Positions 28,171 to 40,029 of a stretch of 64,000 nt of DNA are shown piece by piece. The stretch is taken from the NCBI GenBank assembly GCA_964016885.1, contig OZ024740.1, forward strand, positions 346,952,001 through 347,016,000, given 5' to 3'. The stretch comes from Eledone cirrhosa (lineage: Eukaryota). The stretch's first letter is position 1. Every line of letters begins with the position of its first letter. The position numbers and the translations under genes are program-made. Below the pieces are notes generated by a model. It ran no database searches, had not been told where the DNA came from, and was given only the letters and a program-made list of their open reading frames with translations.

Positions 28171-30730
28171 GTTGTTATACTTGGGGGAGGGTCATATTTG
28201 TGTAATATTGCCAGAATTAATAACAGAACACACTCATTGTTTGGTTGATTTTAGCTTTTCGCTTCTGTGTCTTTTATATCGGTAATCTAATTTATTCGGT
28301 CCTCAATGTTGCCTTTGACTGAACAGCGGTCAAAAATAATACAGATACAATATAGACACAAACACATATATATAGTTTATCCAAGTTCTTTGTTGCACAT
28401 CTGCAACATCGTCAGTTGTGCTATTGTTTCCTCCCGTTGCATTGTATTTTCTACGCCATCTTTATTTAGTCTGTTTATATATTTATTTATTTGTTTATTT
28501 TATTTTGTCTTCTTTGCGCATGCGTTTGCGTGTGTGTATAGTGTTTTGTTTGATGTGTGTTCGTGATTGGGCGACTGTGTATTGGTTAATGTATTCTATC
28601 TTTACTAGTGTGTGTTTATATGTGTTTGTTGTTATTGTGCTTATGTATGTATTTATTTATTTATTTATCTATTTATTTATTTATACTTCTCTTAGGTAAG
28701 TGTTGTTTGTTTGGGTGCTGTTGTTATTCCATTCATTCTTTCTGTTTAGCCTTGGCCTTCTAAGTTCTATTTCACTGGCCTCTCTGATTTGCCTATCTGC
28801 TGGGTCATTTCTATGTTTAGATATTATTCTAATTTCTATGTTGCCTATGTTACCGTCGTGTTGTTGTTTGGCATAGTACCCTCTGTACATCTTATGCTAT
28901 AGACTACGTTTCTAGTTTTATAGTTTATCCCGGGGTTTACCTTACATATTATACATTTCCTATTAGTACAGTGGGTTTTCTTAAAAGGGTAGGTTTTGCT
29001 GATCAGGGATTTTATGGTGGTTCCTGGCTTTTATACCTCCTTAATCTTTAAGTGGGTCTATCTCAGGGCCTTTCTACACTGATTAGCTAATTTCCCTCCA
29101 GGTGTAGCGTCCACAAACATGACACTCTGGTATCTCTCGTTGTCTAGCCCTATCTAAGCTATTCCATGATTTGCTCCTGTATAATGGTCAAATTCCTTTC
29201 ATGTCCAGTTCTATGAGGGTTTTATACTTCTCCATGGCTCCTTCGTATACTCTGACTCTGTCTCTTTGGTTGTAGCCAGAGAACTGCATGCGGTTGATGA
29301 AGTGTTGGATGTGTCTTTCCATTTCTGTTGGGTCGCACATGCGCGACACATTCTTCATCACACGTACCAAATCTGCGATCAGAATATTAAACGTAGCACT
29401 ACTGGACATTGCTGAGTTTTTGAGTATCAGGTATTTGGAGGCCATGGGTTTAGCATAGTGTGAGTGGATAATTTGGGCTCTCTCGTCTATAGGGTTAATC
29501 CAGAGTTCCGTGTCTAATACAGGTATTCTATTGTTAGGGTGTTTGGAAGGGTAGTCGATAGTTACAGTTATACCCTGGTGTATGGAATTAGCTATCTGCT
29601 GGATGCTTTCCATTGTGCTACGTTCTAATTCAAACTTGTTAGTGTTCTCTAGTGAGGATGTTCTTATAACTATATTGATATCGTCTACGTAACGAGAGTA
29701 CATGATGAGGTCTATGGAGCTCTCATTAAGGAGATATTTAAGTCTCCTTTCCCACCATGCCATAAAAAGGTTGGCAACATCACCAGCTATGCTGACGCCA
29801 ATGGCTGCTCCCTCATTTTGGATGTAGATCTTCTCGTTGAACTTTAATATGTGGCCCTTTAGAGTAGTTTTGATACTAGCCCCTATTGCATGTGCGAACA
29901 TTTTTCTTACCTGATCATTGTTTTGGGGGGGTCCGTATAGCTTTGGTCCACCCAATCCACCTTCCCATGGGAGTCTTTTTAGCCATTGAGCATATGGTGG
30001 TGGTCTACCTCTTATGGGTCTACTGGGGCAGAAACGTCTAAGGTCATGGTTGTCTAAGTAGTCAGTGTCGTAGGTCAGTCTACGTAGGAGGCCCAGTTCA
30101 TCTGTGTCGACGTCGCAAAACTCCACCTCACTCTCAATGATCATCTCCACACATGTTTCCACAGCAAAATCAATGTTAATGGATGGGTACAGTGATACCA
30201 CATCCATGCTGCCTGTTATGCAGTTGGAAAGGTTCCTGTTTTTGTTGCACTCACTGATTCTGCTGAGGAGGTCCACTGTACTGTCACATACATCTGGGGA
30301 CATCTTGATTATGGGGCGTATAACCATTGAGAGGAAGTAGGAGATCCTGTAGTTTCTAGCTATATTTGCTCCGCATACAGGTCTTGTTGGTGGTCCTGTT
30401 GTCGGGTCTTCGACTGTCTTGTTGTCTTTGCGGAGCACATACAAGGGTGGTACGCCATTGTTAGACGCCTGGAAGTTGTTGGCAGTCGTCTGCTTGTCTT
30501 TAGTATGTCGGTCCACATCATCATGTGAGCGTTGAGGATTTTCTCTCTCCCATCATGTGTTTGCTGTGCAATTTCGCTCGTGTTGGTGGTGTGGGGTTGC
30601 ATAGCCTTGATGTAGTTCGGCATGCTATCTATTGACATCCTACCAGACTTATCCGTGCGTAGACATACTACCTCACCATCCCTTGTGCGCTGCTTGAGGC
30701 TAACCAAGCCTTCTACAGGTTTCCTCCCAA
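28171..30730 (-). mobile_element. 5'-truncated, decayed Penelope-like retroelement (RT + GIY-YIG), Naiad-like, with 3' pseudo-LTR
   Basis: RT motifs GLVSLKQR..TDKSGR, RPVCGA, SMDVVSLYPSI, GAAIG...ANLFM, RYVDD, YAKPM. Then PLYRSKSW, FVDATPGGKLA, CTNRKCIIC, NVVYSIRC and a GIY-YIG C-terminus HDG...DPADRQIREASEI...LNRKNEWN. Contains stops, frameshifts and a deletion of the central nuclease. Both ends abut (TA)n. Confidence 0.88.
29188..30516 (-). pseudogene. PLE reverse transcriptase core (442-aa open segment of a disrupted ORF)
   Basis: Longest non-repetitive ORF in the window; carries RT motifs including the YVDD catalytic box. Frameshift upstream and TGA downstream. Confidence 0.85.
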
Positions 30731-30733
30731 TAC

Positions 30734-30764
<31 letters not shown>

Positions 30765-30769
30765 GAATT

Positions 30770-30898
30770 CACAAGAATCAAAGCTATGTTCAAAGCATTT
30801 ATTCACATACAATTGTGTCATCCAAACCTAGGCTTGGAGTTCTCGGAGCATTTTTCAATGTTTGTACACATAATTGACCTCCTTTCCAAGAGACATAC
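30770..30898 (-). repeat. Degenerate solo copy of the family D terminal repeat (cf. 43707-43850); a shorter piece lies at 36545-36611
   Basis: aagaatcaaag...tgttcaaa...tccaaacctaggcttgga...tcggagca...tgacctccttt...gagacatac is collinear with the 43.7-kb arm end. Confidence 0.7.
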
Positions 30899-31033
30899 AG
30901 ATATATATATATATATATTGATATACATATATATATACTGACCTTCACTGTTTAGGGTTTAAAATATACATAACTATTAAAAGTTTTAATATATACATAA
31001 CCATAAATGGTATCCCTAATATTACATATATAT

Positions 31034-31172
<139 letters not shown>

Positions 31173-31185
31173 TATATATATATAT

Positions 31186-31800
31186 GTATGCTTCATTAAA
31201 AGCATTTTGAAACCTTACGCTATTGTTTTAGAGTAGTGACTATGTCACTTACTTCTATTTTCAGCAAACAAGGGGTGATAAGATGACAGAGCTCTGTTTC
31301 GTACTGTTGGTACTAATCAAACCTAGCACTCCTCTTGTTCGCTGAAAATTATGAATGTTGTATTCTTATAGAATTCTAGTAATTAACCATACAGTGTATT
31401 GCAAAATACACTATATATACATTCATATATATGTATCGCTATTTCAGAGCACCAATTCTGATTTTCAATTTTTTCTGGACCGGCATTCGCTCTGTATAAT
31501 CAGTTCCTGATTATTACTGGAATTCTATAAGAATCCAACATTCATAATTTTCAGTGAACAGGAGAAGAGCTAGACTTTCATAAGTACCAAAAGTACGAAA
31601 CAGAGGTCTGTCAGCTTATCTCCCCTTGTTTGCTGAAAATAGAAGTAAGTGAATTATCACTACTTTAAAGCAATAGCGTAAGATCTTCAAAATGCTTTTA
31701 ATTAAGCATACACTATCTATATTGTAATATATACTATATATATACATTCATATGTATATCGCTATTTTAGCGCACCAATTCTAATATATGTATATATATT

Positions 31801-31859
<59 letters not shown>

Positions 31860-31870
31860 CAGAGCACCAA

Positions 31871-31876
<6 letters not shown>
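31186..31876. mobile_element. HHR repeat family C in inverted plus tandem arrangement (HHRs at 31281-31324 minus, 31573-31616 plus)
   Basis: 31186-31384 is the reverse complement of 31512-31712; the tail gcaccaattct is repeated three times. Homologous to 54960-55385. Confidence 0.8.
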
Positions 31877-31914
<38 letters not shown>

Positions 31915-31981
31915 ACGTAAAATAAGAAAATTTCTTTAAAAAATTTAAAAAAAAAAATTAACTTACTGACTTAAATTTTCA

Positions 31982-32061
31982 CTCCAACTAATTAGTTTCT
32001 GCAATGGGATAAAGACAGTTACGTAATGAACTGTTGAGAATTTCATTGCGTCATCAGGGAG
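31982..32061 (-). ncRNA. Type I hammerhead ribozyme, family B copy 1
   Basis: Reverse complement of the 33702-33781 motif. Confidence 0.75.
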
Positions 32062-32539
32062 GTCATTCTCAGCCGAGTCTCCAGGCGATGCGCGGACACT
32101 GGGGACTCATATAAAAATAATAATAATTCGGCAACTGGAACAGCTATCGAGGACTGGATTCCAGCCACTGAAAATTCTCACTGCCACCGATCATATGGCC
32201 GATTCTAAAGAATCAATCACGTGACACAGAGGCTAGTCAGTAGGAATGGGATGGTAAGATGACAGACGCCTACTAACACCCCCCAAAAAAAAATTTAGAA
32301 GTGGTTTTGGCAGGTTTGCTCGACAAATCAGTGATTTGGAGATAAATATAGATAATTTAATATATCTACTAACATAAGCGCACAGATGTACGCTAATGCC
32401 AGCAAATACACAGGTTATGTCATAGTACCTAGGTGGTTCAATGCAGGAGAATGCAGAACAATAATATATAAGACGTAAAATAAGAAAATTTCTTAGAAAA
32501 TTTTTTTAAAAAAAATTAACTTACTTACTTAAATTTTCA

Positions 32540-32619
32540 CTCCAACTAATTAGTTTCTGCAATGGGATAAAGACAGTTACGTAATGAACTGTTGAGAATT
32601 TCATTGCGTCATCAGGGAG
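32540..32619 (-). ncRNA. Type I hammerhead ribozyme, family B copy 2
   Basis: Reverse complement of the 33702-33781 motif. Confidence 0.75.
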
Positions 32620-33098
32620 GTCATTCTCAGCCGAGTCTCCAGGCGATGCGCGGACACTGGGGACTCATATAAAAATAGTAATAATTCGGCAACTGGAAGA
32701 GCTATCGAGGACTGGATTCCAGCCACTGAAAATTCTCACTGCCACCGATCATATGGCCGATTCTAAAGAATCAATCACGTGACACAGAGGCTAGTCAGTA
32801 GGAATGGGATGGTAAGATGACAGACGCCTACTAACACCCCCAAAAAAAAAATTTTTAGAAGTGGTTTTGGCAGGTTTGCTCGACAAATCAGTGATTTGGA
32901 GATAAATATAGATAATTTAATATATCTACTAACATAAGCGCACAGATGTACGCTAATGCCAGCAAATACACAGGTTATGTCATAGTACCTAGGTGGTTCA
33001 ATGCAGGAGAATGCAGAACAATAATATATAAGACGTAAAATAAGAAAATTTCTTTAAAAAATTTTTTTTTTAAATTAGCTTACTTACTTAAATTTTCA

Positions 33099-33178
33099 CT
33101 CCAACTAATTAGTTTCTGCAATGGGATAAAGACAGTTACGTAATGAACTGTTGATAATTTCATTGCGTCATCAGGGAG
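33099..33178 (-). ncRNA. Type I hammerhead ribozyme, family B copy 3
   Basis: Reverse complement of the 33702-33781 motif with one change in the stem II extension. Confidence 0.75.
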
Positions 33179-33701
33179 GTCATTCTCAGCCAAGTCTCCA
33201 TTGCAGAAACTAATTAGTTGGAGTGAAAATTTAAGTAAGTAAGCTAATTTAAAAAAAAAAATTTGTTTAAGAAATTTTCTTATTTTACGTCTTATATATT
33301 ATTGTTCTGCATTCTCCTGCTTTGAACCACCTAGGTACTATGACATAACCTGTGTATTTGCTGGCATTAGCGTACATCTGTGCGCTTATGTTAGTAGATA
33401 TATTAAATTATCTATATTTATCTCCAAATCACTGATTTGTCGATCAAACCTGCCAAAACCACTTCTAAATTTTGTTTGGGGGGGTGTTAGTAGGCGTCTG
33501 TCATCTTACCATCCCATTCCTACTGACTAGCCTCTGTGTTACGTGATTGATTCTTTAGAATCGGCCATATGATCGGTGGCAGTGAGAATTTTCAGTGGCT
33601 GGAATCCAGTCCTCAATAGCTGTTCCAGTTGCCGAATTATTATTATTTTTATATGAGTCCCCAGTGTCCGCGCATCGCCTGGAGACTCGGCTGAGAATAA
33701 C

Positions 33702-33781
33702 CTCCCTGATGACGCAATGAAATTCTCAACAGTTCATTACGTAACTGTCTTTATCCCATTGCAGAAACTAATTAGTTGGAG
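33702..33781 (+). ncRNA. Type I hammerhead ribozyme, family B copy 4
   Basis: Stem I ctcc/ggag; CTGATGA at 33706-33712; stem II gcaatg/cattgc with inner acagtt/aactgt; GAAA at 33764-33767; palindromic stem III actaattagt; predicted GUU cut after 33777. Confidence 0.78.
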
Positions 33782-33962
33782 TGAAGATTTAAGTAAGTAA
33801 GTTAATTTTTATTTTTTTATTTTTTTAAGAAATTTTCTTATTTTACGTCTTATATATTATTGTTCTGCATTCTCCTGCATTGAACCACCTAGGTACTATG
33901 ACATAACCTGTGTATTTGCTGGCATTAGCGTACATCTGTGCGCTTATGTTAGTAGATATATT

Positions 33963-34011
<49 letters not shown>

Positions 34012-34091
34012 ACCTACCCTCCACTCTCCTGAGCGTGAATCTAATAAACATTTGTCGTACTGCCTCTCTGTTCTGTCCCTGTTCAATTTTT

Positions 34092-34190
<99 letters not shown>

Positions 34191-34194
34191 CATA

Positions 34195-34398
<204 letters not shown>

Positions 34399-34399
34399 T

Positions 34400-34645
34400 A
34401 TGTAAGTATGCATTATCTATACGTACGTACATATATGTATACAGACATAGAGTAGTATGTATATATATGCATACATTCACACATATATATATGCACGTAT
34501 CGGTTAACCGATATATGCACGTATCGGTATACATACATACTACTGTACGTCTGTATACATATATGTATGTACGTATACATACATACATACTTACATTTAA
34601 CTAAGTGCCGTACTAAGAGTGAGAAATGCAATTTCGTTTCATACT
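34400..34645. repeat. Family A fragment with internal inversion; another short piece at 47208-47245
   Basis: tacatatatgtatacagac and its reverse complement, followed by the family tag taagtgccgtactaagagtgagaaatg.aatttcgtttcat. Confidence 0.7.
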
Positions 34646-34650
34646 ATTCC

Positions 34651-34836
<186 letters not shown>

Positions 34837-34893
34837 ATGTATATATATATATATATACATACATATATCTCTCTATATATATATACATACATA

Positions 34894-34924
<31 letters not shown>

Positions 34925-34935
34925 ATATGAGCATA

Positions 34936-34984
<49 letters not shown>

Positions 34985-35600
34985 TCATATATATATGCTC
35001 ATCTAACTTATATATATTCATCCTCTCTTCTACTTCTTTCACAATATATCCTTAATTATATTACTATTGCTATATTTTTATATATTTTTTTTTAATAATA
35101 CATATCAACAATTTCTTTCCATCGCACATATTATTAAACCCTTAAATATTATTCTTAATACATATTAACAATTTCTTTTCATCTCGCATATTATTAAACC
35201 CTTAAATATACAAACCTTAATTTAACATTATTCTAAAATTTTTCTCTTCGTTAATTTTCAAATTCTTTTAATTTCTATATTATCTTCCAACGGTTTTTCA
35301 AACCTCTCTATGTAAAACAATATATTTTTCTCAGTTATAAAAGTTATCTCTCTCTCTATCACCCATCTCTCCTCCTATCTCATCCTTCCTCATTATACTC
35401 CTCCCCCTCCACTTTTTACTCTCATCTCCTCCTCTTTTTCATCCTTTCCAACCTCCCCCCCCCCTCGCCTCAATATATTTTGTTTCCAATATAAAACTAC
35501 TTTCCAATATAAAACTACATCAATCTAAAACTACTTTTCATATGTTGATTTAAAACTGCACTATTCACAAGCGTGTTTTAACCTTCATATCATGTCTCCC

Positions 35601-35671
35601 TATTTTATCTGACGAAAACGCAAGTGTTATTGCATGATGATATTGGTTTTTGAAATGCGCATAATAAAATA
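35601..35671 (+). ncRNA. Type I hammerhead ribozyme (solo, family E)
   Basis: Perfect 8-bp stem I tattttat/ataaaata; CTGACGA at 35609-35615; weak stem II aaac/gttt; GAAA at 35652-35655; palindromic stem III atgcgcat; predicted AUA cut after 35663. Confidence 0.65.
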
Positions 35672-35796
35672 CATGGAACTCTTTTAACCATTGTTGATCT
35701 TATATATTATTATTTATACTCCAGTCCTACAAACTGTAGAGTGCTACTTATCCGATATCTGCATTGCTTTATTGTACTACAATAAAACTCACCGCC

Positions 35797-35862
<66 letters not shown>

Positions 35863-35864
<2 letters not shown>

Positions 35865-35997
35865 CCGGTTGCGCATTTCTAATGCTTCTCAAAAATAATT
35901 TTGAGATAGAGCGCTTGTTATGTTTGCTCCAGAGCTAACTCACGAGCGCTCTATCTAAAAATTATTTTTGAAAAGCATTATAAATGCGCAACCGGTA
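35863..35997. repeat. Hairpin or MITE-like inverted repeat, about 55-bp arms
   Basis: taccggttgcgcattt...gatagagcgct pairs with agcgctctatc...aaatgcgcaaccggta. Confidence 0.8.
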
Positions 35998-36200
35998 AAA
36001 ACCTAAAACTAAAACTGAATACAAACAATACTTATTACTAATTTATACTTATTCCTAATTAAACTATTTTTCACTGGGAAAAATTTGTCAGCATGTTCTT
36101 TTCCTTTTACTAATATATCACAACTCGTGTGTTACACCTGCTAATTAGAAGAAGAAATAGTATATATTTTAGTATCTGATGATTCTAAAGACATGATTTA

Positions 36201-36277
<77 letters not shown>

Positions 36278-36337
36278 TATATATATACATACACAGACAA
36301 ATATACTATATATTTTCAACCGTTCAACAGACTGGCT

Positions 36338-36392
36338 GAGGTATACTGTACTGATGAAGGGTAATGACCCAGAAACATGTTGATTGTTCCTC
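36338..36392 (+). ncRNA. Type I hammerhead ribozyme, family A-related (in fragment 36318-36510), stem I partly decayed
   Basis: CTGATGA at 36351-36357; a-gggt-aatg-accc-a; GAAA-catg-tt; distal gagg/cctc pairing. Confidence 0.6.
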
Positions 36393-37208
36393 AAAACCCG
36401 TGTTAAACAAACAGGTAACGATCGCTCACGGGCACGGCACAGCTTCAAATCCGGTCGTTTGTTTACAAACGAATCGAACATTATTATTAGCATTCTATAT
36501 AACCAACATGTACTTATGTATATGTATATAAATGTGTGTATATATATATGAAATATAAGAATCAAAGAACTGTTCAAAACATTTTTGTGCATACAACTGT
36601 TTCCTCCAAACATATATATGTTTGGGTGTGTGTGTGTCTGTACGTGTGCATATATACATATATATGTGTGTTTGTGTGTGTTTGTATGTGCTTGTGTGTG
36701 TGTCTATGAGTGCATATATGCGTGTTTGAATATACAGGGCGTCCGCAAAGTCACTAGATAATTTTCTATATATATTTGTATAAAATTGTCCAGTGAATTT
36801 GTGGACACCATGTATATACAGTTTGAATATGTCTTTGTACATATGAGCTCGCTTATCTGATGACATGTCATAGAAGATTCGGGGCTCACTCGTTATGAAT
36901 ATAGCCGAAGGTGATGGTTATGGAACCGATTGTAATACAACAATAACATTTATATGCTCCAACATTGAGTCCGATCTTTCTTTTAATTACACTCCGTACA
37001 GTATAGCCGCCTTAACTGTGGAATAGAATCCAACAGGAAACGGATCTGTAACAGCATCTATTGCTTCGAACGGCGCAATGCCTGTGACCGTAGTTAAACA
37101 CTTAACTGACGTAATATACAATCATATATATGTTGATTCCAACATAAATCACAGCTAATCACATTAAATAAGGTGCTCAATATAGAGTGTGAACATCATT
37201 ATTTAATA

Positions 37209-37392
37209 GTGAAACGGTGGATTGGCAGTATCCGTAGAGGGTCGGACCTCATGCTTTTACGCATAGAGTTACGGCCCTTGCCATTCTCAGTTCAAACCCC
37301 GCCGAGGTTAACTTTGCCTTTTATCCTTATGGGGTCGATTAAATAAAGTACCAGTAATGCACTGGGTAATTTCTGGCCAAAAAGTAGAAACA
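37209..37392 (+). mobile_element. SINE S1, full length
   Basis: TSD attatttaata at 37198-37208 and 37393-37403; B box GTTCAAACCC. Confidence 0.85.
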
Positions 37393-37525
37393 ATTATTTA
37401 ATATTTAAACGGCTTCTACATGACTAGAAATATTTTATTCGTATGAAATCATCAGGATTGCGTATTCCTGGCGGTTTAATACGAATAAAACATTTCTGGT
37501 CTTGCATGTCTATATAAAAAGTTGT

Positions 37526-37572
<47 letters not shown>

Positions 37573-37874
37573 TTCAGTCATGAACTAAATTTCTAGCCAC
37601 CAGAATACCACCTCAGATATCATCCATATATCCCGAGTTCAATCAGGGGAGACCATAGTAAGTAAGATACTCAAAACGTTTGTAGAGTATAAACATCATA
37701 TTTAATGTAGAAATGACTTCTAATGGACAAGAACTTCTTGATTCATAAGAAATAATCAGGAAATCTTTCCTGATGATTTCATTTAAATCAAACATGAATG
37801 TATATATATATATATATATATAATGAAAGAGTGAAGAATAACATGGTCGGCTGTACAAAAAGGGTTTTATTTAC

Positions 37875-37983
37875 AGTATTAACAATTGTTTCATTGATCA
37901 GGTGAGTCTAAAGGCCGCTGATCACTCGAAATTGCGTCACTCGGCCTTAAATACAGTGTCTCTGATCAAATCATCGGAATACT
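37875..37983 (-). ncRNA. Type I hammerhead ribozyme with CCGAUGA core and long stem II (family F)
   Basis: Minus strand reads agtatt-CCGATGA-t-ttgatcag...aaggccg...cggcctt...ctgatcaa-t-GAAA-caattg-tt-aatact. All three stems pair. Confidence 0.7.
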
Positions 37984-37984
37984 C

Positions 37985-38111
<127 letters not shown>

Positions 38112-38134
38112 AGTGAGAGAGAGAGAGAGTGTGT

Positions 38135-38440
38135 GTCGGGCTTACAATCGTGAGATGGTGCGTTCGATTCCCGAACAGGGATTTGCGTTGTGTTCTTGTG
38201 CAAGGTACTTTATTTCACGTCGTTCCAGTTCACTCGGCTCGAGAAATGATTTGTGACATCACTAGTACCAAGATGTATCGGTCATTACCTTTCCCTTGAA
38301 CAGCATCGGTGGCGGGGAGAGGGAAGTCTGGTATGCATGGTCGAATGCTGGTCTTCCACAAACAGCCTTGCCCGCATTTGTACCTCGGAGGGTAACTTCC
38401 TCGGTGCATATCCGTGGTCGTTCGTGATTGAAAAGGGGTA
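38135..38440 (+). mobile_element. Second tRNA-derived SINE family (S2), 5'-truncated
   Basis: B box GTTCGATTCCC followed by gttgtgttcttgtgcaaggtacttt, resembling the conserved central-domain start gtgtccttgrgcaag of several SINE superfamilies. Confidence 0.6.
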
Positions 38441-38773
38441 CCAGTATATCATGTGTCTATGTCTGTCTCTATCCGGTGGAATTTGGCTGCATCACGAACT
38501 GAAGATTGATAGGCAAGCTTTAAATGACCATGACGTGCCATGTGCTATGTGGGTGCCACTATACCATGTCGGTGCCTCTAAGTCATGATCATGTTTTAAT
38601 AGCTCTTTATCCTTATTCATTCTCTTATATGGGGAGTTGCATTTGCTTATTCGCTTTATATGAATCGACGAAGCTGAGGATTCCAATATATTATTGAGAA
38701 AATATTTGATATCTACAATAGTTTAAACTGTACCCTATTTAAAATTAAACCATTCACATATAATCATATATAT

Positions 38774-38977
38774 AGGAAAATATATGACCCCGACGGCAGA
38801 GCTCAAGCCGTTTCGACGGCTATTTCTGGACTGAAATAGTCCAGAAATATCCGTCGAAACGGCTTGAGCTCTGCCGTCGGGGTCATACATTTTCTTATTA
38901 CCCAATCTACTAACCTAAGTATTGAGTACTCTGGTGCGTTATGGTCCATCTGGTTCCTTACAACAACTCCTTCATTA
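38774..38977. repeat. Family G fold-back: palindrome 38774-38896 (apex about 38835) made of an HHR 3' half, plus tail
   Basis: Arms carry ccgtc-GAAA-cggc-ttgagctct-gccg-TC-ggggt. Homologous to 50293-50480. Confidence 0.85.
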
Positions 38978-39357
38978 TATATATATATATATATATCTGC
39001 TTCTCCCCTTCTCACTTCCGCCCGTTTGGCCTGAAGTGGGGTCCTTTCTTGCTCACACCTCACTCGCGTCGGACGGTCTGTTGTTTGTCGCTCATGAAAT
39101 CCAAACAGCTTAAGCTGATCGGACTCCCATGTGCTTGTTTTTTCCTACCTTTGCGTTGCTATCCTTTTATGTTTGTTTACTTGTCTCGCTCGCTTTACGC
39201 GATTTACTTCTCCCAATAGCTTTATTTAGCTATTGCTCGCAACAGCTGGAGGATATTTTAAAGCGATGAAATACCAATGAAGGTTGGAAAATCACTGATG
39301 AAGGCCTATTTTTATTATATGTAACCCATGTGCAACCACACAGTATTCATTCTTCTC

Positions 39358-39488
<131 letters not shown>

Positions 39489-39496
39489 ATATACCA

Positions 39497-39690
39497 TGCA
39501 GATGTGAGAAAAACAACAGACCCTCCATCTCAACTCTACTTTTGAAAAGCAGAAGAACTGCGAAACCGGTAAAGGAACCAAATAAATATATATATTTTGG
39601 TTTAAATAAGACTCCGGTTGCTTTTTCGATTTCATCTTTTTTTTCTGTATAATTTCACTCGTGTAGGACACCTCGGTTATTTTTCACTTC
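39497..39690 (+). repeat. Dispersed repeat family H (other copy 55415-55610, minus) with HHR 3' half
   Basis: gcag...ctgc-GAAA-ccgg-ta-aagg; palindromic stem III accggt; the 5' core is missing or decayed in both copies. Confidence 0.65.
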
Positions 39691-39707
39691 GTAAAGAACT
39701 TCACTTT

Positions 39708-39780
<73 letters not shown>

Positions 39781-39801
39781 ATATGATTATATATATATAT
39801 G

Positions 39802-39946
<145 letters not shown>

Positions 39947-40029
39947 AATATTATTGTTATTATTATTGATATTGTTATTATTATTTAGATCCCGCAACAT
40001 TCAGTCTACAGGAAATATAGATATAAAAC

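Larger units (their letters stand above)
31911..33968. mobile_element. Retrozyme-like tandem array, family B: about 558-bp unit, 2.3 copies, then inversion at about 33198, then 1.4 reversed copies
   Basis: agacgtaaaataag at 31913, 32471 and 33031. From 33198 the sequence is the reverse complement of the unit. One HHR per unit; no ORF. Confidence 0.9.

Noticed and set aside
29188-29190. In-frame TGA in the PLE ORF as possible selenocysteine (some Naiads are selenoproteins)
   Set aside because: It sits at the R of a GxRPLYR-type motif (CGA>TGA decay), the linker cysteines use TGT, and other stops and frameshifts show the copy is dead.
39295-39345. CTGATGA hits here and at 8704, 10676 and 36176
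   Set aside because: No correctly placed GAAA, stem III or NUH could be folded.
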